From an uncultured Clostridia bacterium (GTDB lineage Bacteria > Bacillota > Clostridia > Saccharofermentanales > DTU023), in contig CAMJYM010000007.1 of the NCBI GenBank assembly GCA_946220865.1, positions 1,959 through 65,958 on the forward strand: DNA of 64,000 bases, in the 5' to 3' direction. The notes under the pieces are model-generated. The model worked only from the letters and a program-made list of their open reading frames with translations, made no database searches and was not told the DNA's origin. Below, one piece after another: positions 57,655-64,000 of this stretch; the first letter of the stretch is position 1; every line of letters starts with the position of its first letter. The translations under genes and the position numbers were made by a program.

Positions 57655-59517
57655 TCAGCCTCTGAGTCTGGCGATGATTTTTTCGGCGACGCGAAGACCA
57701 TCGACGGCTGACGAAGTAATGCCGCCGGCATAACCTGCGCCCTCCCCGCAGGGATAGAAGCCGGGAAGCTCGACGGACTCCAGGCTCTCGATATCACGCA
57801 AGATGCGAAGAGCCGAGCTGGAGCGTGTTTCAGCTGCTGTCAGGACGGCCTGACCAGCAGCAAAGCCCTGGAGTTTTGTGCCCATGTGGAGCAGGGCTTC
57901 ACAAAGAGCGAGGGTGATTTCTCTGGGGTAGAGGCCGGAAAGATCGGCTTGGCGAACCAACGGTTTATAGCTGGGCTGGGCACGCCGAAGTTCTGCAGGA
58001 AGAGCCGCGTTGATGTGCTGGACGCGGACGAGGATGTCATCGAGTTCGGCTTTTGCTTCGGGATAGCGTGAGAGGACGGCGCTGATAAAATCGCCGACTT
58101 CCTGCACGGGTGCAGCATAATCTAAGGCAATTTCTTTGGCACAATTTTCGGCTGCTTCTTTGGCATAGTCTGAGACGGCACCCTCCTGGCTCAAAAAGTA
58201 GGCCTTCCCTTCGAGTTCTTCCTGAAAGCTGAGGCCAGCCAGGTCTTCTTCACCAAAATCTTCCTGGGAAACCTGACAGATCAGCGCCGAGTTAGCATTT
58301 TCCTCTGCCCGGGCATAGGCGCTCATGCCGTTGGTCACGATGCTCTCCGGCCGGGCATTGGAGGCCACGACTTCACCGCCCGGACACATACAGAAGGTAA
58401 AAACCCCGCGCCCGCTTTTACTTTGCCAGCTGAGACGATAATCCGCAGCTCCCAGACGCGGGTGTTCGGCAAATTTTCCGTATTGCGCGAGGTTAATCAG
58501 TTTCTGTGGATGCTCAATGCGAAAACCGACAGCAAAGGCTTTGTTTTCAAGTCTCAGACCCGATTCAAGCAGCATGCGGGCGCTGTCGTCCGCACTGTGG
58601 CCACAGGCAAAAATGACCGTGGATGCGGCAATTTTTTCCGCTCCGACACAGACACCGAGCAGCTTTCGAGGGGACGCGGCGTCACCGCCTGGCTCTATCC
58701 AAAGTCCATCAACACGGCAGTTGAAGCGAAATCCCACCCCCATTTGAATGAGTTTCTGCCGCATTTTATAGAGCACGGCTCTCAGCCGATCTGTACCGAT
58801 GTGGGGCTTTTGCTCCCAGAGAATTTCTTCGGGCGCGCCACAAAGGGCAAAAATTCTGGGCACCAAAGCTGCCCTCGGGTCTTTAATACGGCTGAGCAAC
58901 TTGCCATCAGAGAACGTGCCCGCACCCCCTTCGCCAAAAGGAATATTCGCTTCCGGGTCAAAAGGGCCGCCTCGGCGAAAATCTTCGACTTTGCGAATGC
59001 GCTCAGAGAGTTCAGGTCCGCGTTCAAGTAGGATGGGTGGAAAGCCTTCACAGGCGAGAGCCCAGGCCGCAAAGAGGCCGGCCGGGCCAGCACCGACAAC
59101 AAGAGGGCGCATTTTTTTGTGCTGCTCGCTCACCTGGCCGGATGAGGCGGCAGCCTCATTATTCGGACTGCCCGAGACAACAATTTGACTCTCCTGGCCT
59201 GCTGAAGTGGCAGCCTGACACTCCTGTCCTTTTAAAACGGCGCTTAAGTTCTCTTTACTACAGGACTTTTCAGCCTTTTTCTCCTCAAGCCATGAAAGGT
59301 TTGCGTTGGCCGCATAGCTCCGGCGCCAGGGCAAGTCAACTTCCACATCAGCGAGAAAATGCAGATCATTTTTACGACGGGCATCCAGAGAACGACGACG
59401 AAAACGCCAGTCCGGCTTGCAGTCAGGAGCGAACTTAAGCTCACGGCGCAGCCGTTTCAGGATATCTTCATCCCTATAATCTAAAGATAATCTTAGGTTT
59501 TTGACCAGGATGCTCAT
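57655..59517 (-). CDS. FAD-dependent oxidoreductase of the COG2509 type
   Basis: Start at ATG 59517 (MSILVKNLRLSLDY) after GGGAGA. VVGAGPAGLFAAWALA dinucleotide-binding motif and a C-terminal GFYPCGEGAGYAGGI motif. Confidence 0.75.
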   Translation of the reverse strand: MSILVKNLRLSLDYRDEDILKRLRRELKFAPDCKPDWRFRRRSLDARRKNDLHFLADVEVDLPWRRSYAANANLSWLEEKKAEKSCSKENLSAVLKGQECQAATSAGQESQIVVSGSPNNEAAASSGQVSEQHKKMRPLVVGAGPAGLFAAWALACEGFPPILLERGPELSERIRKVEDFRRGGPFDPEANIPFGEGGAGTFSDGKLLSRIKDPRAALVPRIFALCGAPEEILWEQKPHIGTDRLRAVLYKMRQKLIQMGVGFRFNCRVDGLWIEPGGDAASPRKLLGVCVGAEKIAASTVIFACGHSADDSARMLLESGLRLENKAFAVGFRIEHPQKLINLAQYGKFAEHPRLGAADYRLSWQSKSGRGVFTFCMCPGGEVVASNARPESIVTNGMSAYARAEENANSALICQVSQEDFGEEDLAGLSFQEELEGKAYFLSQEGAVSDYAKEAAENCAKEIALDYAAPVQEVGDFISAVLSRYPEAKAELDDILVRVQHINAALPAELRRAQPSYKPLVRQADLSGLYPREITLALCEALLHMGTKLQGFAAGQAVLTAAETRSSSALRILRDIESLESVELPGFYPCGEGAGYAGGITSSAVDGLRVAEKIIARLRG

Positions 59518-59566
59518 AATTTCTCCCGATGACTTATTTCTGGACTTGCCGCTCGGCAACAGGCGC

Positions 59567-60568
59567 TCAAAGACTTTTTTTATCCCTGTTAAAAACCAGC
59601 GCATCCCTGAGACTCTCTTCGACTGGACGTACCGTATAGCCTAACTCCGTCGTCGCTTTTTCGTGGCTGAATAGTGAATTGGTTTTTAACGTACTCACTG
59701 AATAACGCGTGAGCAGAGCCTGCCGTTTCAGAAGCCTGGCCAGGCCTTCATTGGCGGCGGCCACCAGCCCGACAAGAGCGAGCGGCAGGCGGACACAGAA
59801 AGGTTTCCGGCCGGTAAGCCTGGCAAGGATGCGAAAATAATCATCCATCTTTAAGGGGTGACCTGTGAGCAGATAAGACTCACCGCTTCTCCCCTTTTCC
59901 ATCGCCTGAAGCATACCGTTCACGACATCACGTACATCGACAAAGTCGTAAGCTCCACTTATTGAGGCAGGAATTTGTCGCCGCAAATAAGCGTTCATCA
60001 GCTGCGTCATGTGTCCGCAACCGTAGTCCATGGGACCGATAATACCCGAGGGCAGAACGACGACCACATCAAGGCCCTCACGTCCCGCTTGCAAAACTGC
60101 AGCTGTGGCTTCTGCTTTAGATTTTGCATAGGGGCCGACCACAAGGGCGGGGTCAAAATGTGGATTTTCTCTTTGTAAGATCCCTGCAGGGGCTTCAGGC
60201 ATGGCGTGAACCGAACTGACATAAAGTAAACGACGAACATGATGCTTTTGAGATTCCGCCAGAATATGTTTCGTGCCTTCGACATTGACTTCCCGCAGGC
60301 TGTTCCCCTCGCGGCTAAAAATCGTCACAACACTGGCCAGGTGCCAAAGCAAAATTTCTTTTCCTTCCAAGCCGGAAAAGAAACGTTCAAGATCACTCAG
60401 AGAACGAAGGTCCCCTCTGCAAATTTCAAGATCAAGCTGATCCAGGCCTGGCGCTTTATCGCCAGGCAGTATCAGAGCACGTACCGCCTCACCTTTCTCA
60501 ATCAGACGCCTGCATAGCACATTGCCCAGATGTCCGGATGCTCCTGTGACGAGATGGATTCTTTGCAT
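59567..60568 (-). CDS. NAD-dependent epimerase/dehydratase (extended SDR)
   Basis: VTGASGHLGNVL Rossmann motif and YAKSK (YxxxK) catalytic motif. Confidence 0.8.
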   Translation of the reverse strand: MQRIHLVTGASGHLGNVLCRRLIEKGEAVRALILPGDKAPGLDQLDLEICRGDLRSLSDLERFFSGLEGKEILLWHLASVVTIFSREGNSLREVNVEGTKHILAESQKHHVRRLLYVSSVHAMPEAPAGILQRENPHFDPALVVGPYAKSKAEATAAVLQAGREGLDVVVVLPSGIIGPMDYGCGHMTQLMNAYLRRQIPASISGAYDFVDVRDVVNGMLQAMEKGRSGESYLLTGHPLKMDDYFRILARLTGRKPFCVRLPLALVGLVAAANEGLARLLKRQALLTRYSVSTLKTNSLFSHEKATTELGYTVRPVEESLRDALVFNRDKKSL

Positions 60569-60737
60569 GACTTCTCCCTGCTTCCTTATCTTAAAAGAGC
60601 TGAATTCTCTTCATTATAAGACAAAGAGCGAAGCTGGAAAGGTCGTTCACATTGATTTTGCTCTGTGATCAAAATTGTTCTAAGAGCCAAGCAGAAGTCG
60701 CGCAAAAGCGGAATTTCAAAAGCCGGCCTTCTCTATA

Positions 60738-61037
60738 TCAGAGGCTACGCACACACTGGCGCAGATACTGCTGATGAGCCATTTCCTGAAGGGCCCGGAG
60801 GCGGCGCTTGCGTTCACGTTCTTCGGTCAGGCGAAGGAGCTTCTGCTCTCTCAGGCCCAGATAAAAGATGTGTAAGGAAATCAGCAGCAGGGGCAAAATG
60901 AGCAAGCGCAGGTCGAAGGTCGCAGTAATTAAACTGAGCGGACAAAAGACCACTCCATAAAGACTATTCCATTCTGTGAGCAAGATTTCCAGAAAACAAA
61001 GGGCTAAAAGAAAAAATAAACTCTGGCTAAGGGTCAT
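60738..61037 (-). CDS. small predicted membrane protein
   Basis: 99 aa with three hydrophobic segments followed by a basic tail. It competes with a plus-strand ORF (60665..60901). No family was recognised. Confidence 0.3.
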   Translation of the reverse strand: MTLSQSLFFLLALCFLEILLTEWNSLYGVVFCPLSLITATFDLRLLILPLLLISLHIFYLGLREQKLLRLTEERERKRRLRALQEMAHQQYLRQCVRSL

Positions 61038-61160
61038 GTCTCTTCATCGCTGTCCGTCTGGCCTCAGGAGTCCGGCCTCGTACAGCACTCCTCTCTTTGT
61101 CTCTCTTCGCGGCTGAGGGTGAAAACTTTGAAACATGAGGACAGGCCAATGCAGCTGGTC

Positions 61161-61460
61161 TTAACGTTCTCGTTTTTCCTTCTCATACGCCCGAAGGAGT
61201 CTGCGTGCGGCTGAAGGCTTAATTTCCTCAGCCAGGGTCAGATCCTTCAGCAGACCTTCAAAGCGCGTCTCTTCGCTTGCTTCGGCCTGCTTCACTTTGT
61301 CGATCAGACGATCCAGACGCAGCCTGATGGTGGGATAAGTCACCTGATAAAGACCTGCCATGGCTTTCAATGAGCCTGAGCTGAGGACAAATTCCTTCAT
61401 CAAACGGATATCTTCATCTCCCAGGGTGTAAAGCCATTGCGGTAATTCCGCACTGCGCAT
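61161..61460 (-). CDS. DUF2089-like small HTH protein
   Basis: DIRLMKEFVLSSGSLKAMAGLYQVTYPTIRLRLDRLIDKV matches my recollection of the DUF2089 HTH region (SYPT-R..LD). Confidence 0.5.
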   Translation of the reverse strand: MRSAELPQWLYTLGDEDIRLMKEFVLSSGSLKAMAGLYQVTYPTIRLRLDRLIDKVKQAEASEETRFEGLLKDLTLAEEIKPSAARRLLRAYEKEKRER

Positions 61461-61839
61461 ATCGTTCTAACCGCCTTTACTTTTTCTATAGTATATCTAA
61501 ATAAAATTAAAATCAATATTCAAATTTATTTCAATATTATTAAAATCATTAAAGTTTTACCCCATAGAAGCCTTGCAGGTTTTACCTGATAAAAGCTTTG
61601 CGAGCTCCTTTGTTTATCTCAAGGCAAGCAGCACAAAAAAGAAGGCTGCAATCGAATGATGGCAGGGCACGATTGCCCGAGCGACAGATCTGAACCCGCG
61701 GGGGCTGGAATAATTTAACGACAGGGGCTAAGCTGATGAGGATATGGTTTATAAGTTCAAAGTGCTTTCGTCTGCGCAGCTCTGAAAGACAAAAGCAAAG
61801 CAGATCAAAAGCAGATCATAAGAAAAAAGGAGACTCATC

Positions 61840-62130
61840 ATGCAAATTCGCCGAGAAGCCATCGCGGGAACCCTGGAGTCCAGTGATGTTCTCATCAAAA
61901 TGGAACCCAGCGGCCATCCCCTGGAAATCCTCCTCTCCTCTCCCGTCAAGGCACAGTACGGTGCGTCGATTGAAGCCCAGGTACGCCAGTGGCTTAACGA
62001 GGCCGGTGTAAGTGTCGGGCGCGTTGAGCTGGAAGATAAAGGGGCTTTGGACTGCACCATTATGGCCAGGCTGAAAACCTGCCTGGCACGAGCCAGTGAG
62101 CCCGAAAAAGCGGAAGGAGGGCAAGCCTGA
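61840..62130 (+). CDS. citD: citrate lyase acyl carrier protein (gamma subunit)
   Basis: AGTLESSDVLI prosthetic-group serine motif. 96 aa. AAGGAG RBS. Confidence 0.9.
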   Translation: MQIRREAIAGTLESSDVLIKMEPSGHPLEILLSSPVKAQYGASIEAQVRQWLNEAGVSVGRVELEDKGALDCTIMARLKTCLARASEPEKAEGGQA

Positions 62131-62999
62131 TGAGACGCAGCATGATGTTTTTGCCCGGCAACAGTCCGAGTATGCTGATTAACGGCTGTGTGCTCCCGGC
62201 AGACAGCCTCATTCTCGACCTTGAAGACGCCGTCGCCCCCGATCAGAAAGATGCGGCACGCGAGCTTGTCCGTGGCGCTCTCGAGCATTTTGATTTTGGC
62301 CGCAGAGAAATCGTCGTTCGCATCAATGACCTGGAAAGCCCCTATTGGGAAGCGGATCTTGCGGCCATTCTGCCCGGAAGGCCGTCCGTGCTGATGCCTC
62401 CAAAAGTGGCCTCCGGCGCCACCATTCAGAAACTGGCAGCAGCCCTCGAAGCCAAAGAGAAAGAACTCGGGCTGGCTTATGGCTGCTTTAAAATTCTGCC
62501 ATTGATCGAGACCGCTATGGGCGTAGAAAAAGCTCTGGAAATCGCCCAGGCTTCCCCGCGGGTGGTTGCTTTATTCCTCGGCGGCGAAGATTTGAGCGCC
62601 GATCTGCGCTGTCCCCGCACAAAAGAGGGCAAAGAGATTTTTTATGCACGCACCCGCCTGATCGTCGCCGCACGGGCAAGCGGCATTGACGTCATCGACA
62701 CGCCTTTCACGGATACTGATGATCTGGAAGGTTTAAAGAAGGACGCCAGCTTTGCCCGCAGCCTGGGCTTCTCCGGAAAAGCGGTGATCTCCCCGCGGCA
62801 TCTTGAAACCGTGAATCAGGTCTTCTCGCCGGGCGAAAAAGAAATTCTCTGGGCCAAGGATGTGATGGCCGTGATCGCCGAGGGTAAACGTCTGGGCAAA
62901 GGCGCTGTGTCCTTGCACGGCAAAATGGTCGATAAGCCCATCGTCATGAGGGCGGAGCAAATTCTCGCCACCGCCAGAGCGATTGAGGAGGTGCGCTGA
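62130..62999 (+). CDS. citE: citrate lyase beta subunit (citryl-CoA lyase)
   Basis: MRRSMMFLPGNSPSML and LDLEDAV motifs of the HpcH/CitE family. Its start overlaps the citD stop. Confidence 0.9.
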   Translation: MRRSMMFLPGNSPSMLINGCVLPADSLILDLEDAVAPDQKDAARELVRGALEHFDFGRREIVVRINDLESPYWEADLAAILPGRPSVLMPPKVASGATIQKLAAALEAKEKELGLAYGCFKILPLIETAMGVEKALEIAQASPRVVALFLGGEDLSADLRCPRTKEGKEIFYARTRLIVAARASGIDVIDTPFTDTDDLEGLKKDASFARSLGFSGKAVISPRHLETVNQVFSPGEKEILWAKDVMAVIAEGKRLGKGAVSLHGKMVDKPIVMRAEQILATARAIEEVR

Positions 63000-63000
63000 T

Positions 63001-64000
63001 ATGGATAAGGTACTGAAGGACATCAAGCAGGCTCTGCAGCTGGCCGGCCTCAGGGACGGAATGACCCTGTCTTTCCACCATCACCTGCGTAACGGGGATT
63101 TCGTGCTGAATCAGGTGCTTGCGGCCGCAGATCAGCTGGGCTTTCGTGATCTTCACGTCAACGCCAGCTCGCTTTTCGACATTCACGCCCCGCTGATCGA
63201 ATTGATTCGCCGCGGCGTGGTCACCCATCTGGAATGTAATTACATGAGTGCCCGCATCGGTCGGGAGATTTCCCACGGCCTCTTAGAGGATCCGGTCATT
63301 TTCCGCACGCATGGCGGACGTCCCGCCGACATTGCCCAGGGGCGCTCACCCATCGACATCGCCTTTATTGCTGCGCCAACCGCCGATAAAATGGGCAATA
63401 TCTCCGGCAAATACGGGCCCTCAGCCTGCGGCTCTCTGGGCTACGCCATGGCGGATGCCGCCTACGCCAGAAAAGTCGTCGCCGTGACTGACCATCTCGT
63501 CCCCTATCCCCTCGCCGATGTCAGTATTTCCGAAACAGACGTGGATTATGTCGTCGAGATCGACCGCATCGGCAATCCTGAAGGGATCGTCTCCGGCACA
63601 ACGAAGATTACCCGCGACCCCATTGGCCTGCTCATGGCTCAGTATGCCTGCCGGGCCATCGACGCCTCGGGTCTGCTCAAAGACGGTTTTTCCTTCCAGA
63701 CCGGTGCTGGTGGGGCTTCTCTGGCCACAGCGGCTTTTTTGAAGGATCTCATGCTCGAGAAAAAAATTCACGGCAGCTTCGGTATGGGCGGCATCACGGC
63801 CTACCTGGTTCAGATGCTGGAGGAAGGCTGCTTTGAAAGTCTCATGGACGTGCAGTGCTTTGACCTCGAAGCGGTGCGCAGTATCCGCGAGGATCGCCGC
63901 CATTGCGAAGTCTCTGCCCTCAAATATGCCGGTCCCCGCCCCGATGTAAAGAGCTCGCTGGTGGATAATCTGGACGTCGTCATCCTCGGCGCAACCGAGA
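63001..64000 (+). CDS. citF: citrate lyase alpha subunit (citrate CoA-transferase), 5-prime partial
   Basis: ATG at 63001, directly after the citE stop. MDKVLKDIKQALQLAGLRDGMTLSFHHHLRNGD is typical CitF. The frame is open to the window end and is not in the ORF track because no stop is present. Confidence 0.85.
   Translation, partial: MDKVLKDIKQALQLAGLRDGMTLSFHHHLRNGDFVLNQVLAAADQLGFRDLHVNASSLFDIHAPLIELIRRGVVTHLECNYMSARIGREISHGLLEDPVIFRTHGGRPADIAQGRSPIDIAFIAAPTADKMGNISGKYGPSACGSLGYAMADAAYARKVVAVTDHLVPYPLADVSISETDVDYVVEIDRIGNPEGIVSGTTKITRDPIGLLMAQYACRAIDASGLLKDGFSFQTGAGGASLATAAFLKDLMLEKKIHGSFGMGGITAYLVQMLEEGCFESLMDVQCFDLEAVRSIREDRRHCEVSALKYAGPRPDVKSSLVDNLDVVILGATE

Overview
64 kb from a Bacillota (Firmicutes)-type chromosome. 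The taxon call rests on the gene order hemW-hrcA-grpE-dnaK-dnaJ with a textbook CIRCE operator, split gcvPA/gcvPB, pcrA and a long-form hpf. The backbone is visibly GC-rich and tightly packed. It carries pcrA, hpf, gap, gcvT-H-PA-PB, dnaJ-dnaK-grpE-hrcA, hemW, an SPFH/NfeD pair, an M28-like lipoprotein, an XRE/ImmA pair divergent from dinB, a DUF4349-like lipoprotein, an MFS transporter, a COG2509-type FAD protein, an SDR epimerase and citDEF (citF runs off the window end). Three accessory blocks interrupt it. (1) An AT-richer island at about 3.8-11.3 kb holds TctCBA, an EPSP-synthase-like enzyme, a LacI regulator and an anion permease. A truncated AAA_14/DUF4143-type ATPase gene sits at its edge. 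(2) A GC-rich raffinose/melibiose-type cassette (GPH symporter, GH36, GH13) lies at 34.7-41.0 kb. It is bounded by about 300-400 bp inverted arms built from reiterated 31-bp words, next to a GH1 gene that has a single in-frame TGA. (3) An AT-richer island at about 41.1-56.2 kb is bracketed by two copies of a 110-bp promoter/operator cassette. It contains IS3, IS256, group-II-intron-like and RHS fragments, an orphan 637-aa coiled-coil/2-TM protein, a nucleoside ABC-transporter operon with three nucleoside phosphorylase paralogs, a DeoR regulator and an intact DUF4143-type ATPase whose 3-prime end is triplicated in tandem. The best candidate for an undescribed system is a two-gene ABC-type ATPase plus DUF4276/Toprim-like cassette at 24.1-26.2 kb, translationally coupled to hemW. 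No rRNA, tRNA or CRISPR array was seen. All calls come from reading the sequence and recalling motifs; no searches were run, and G+C statements are by eye only.
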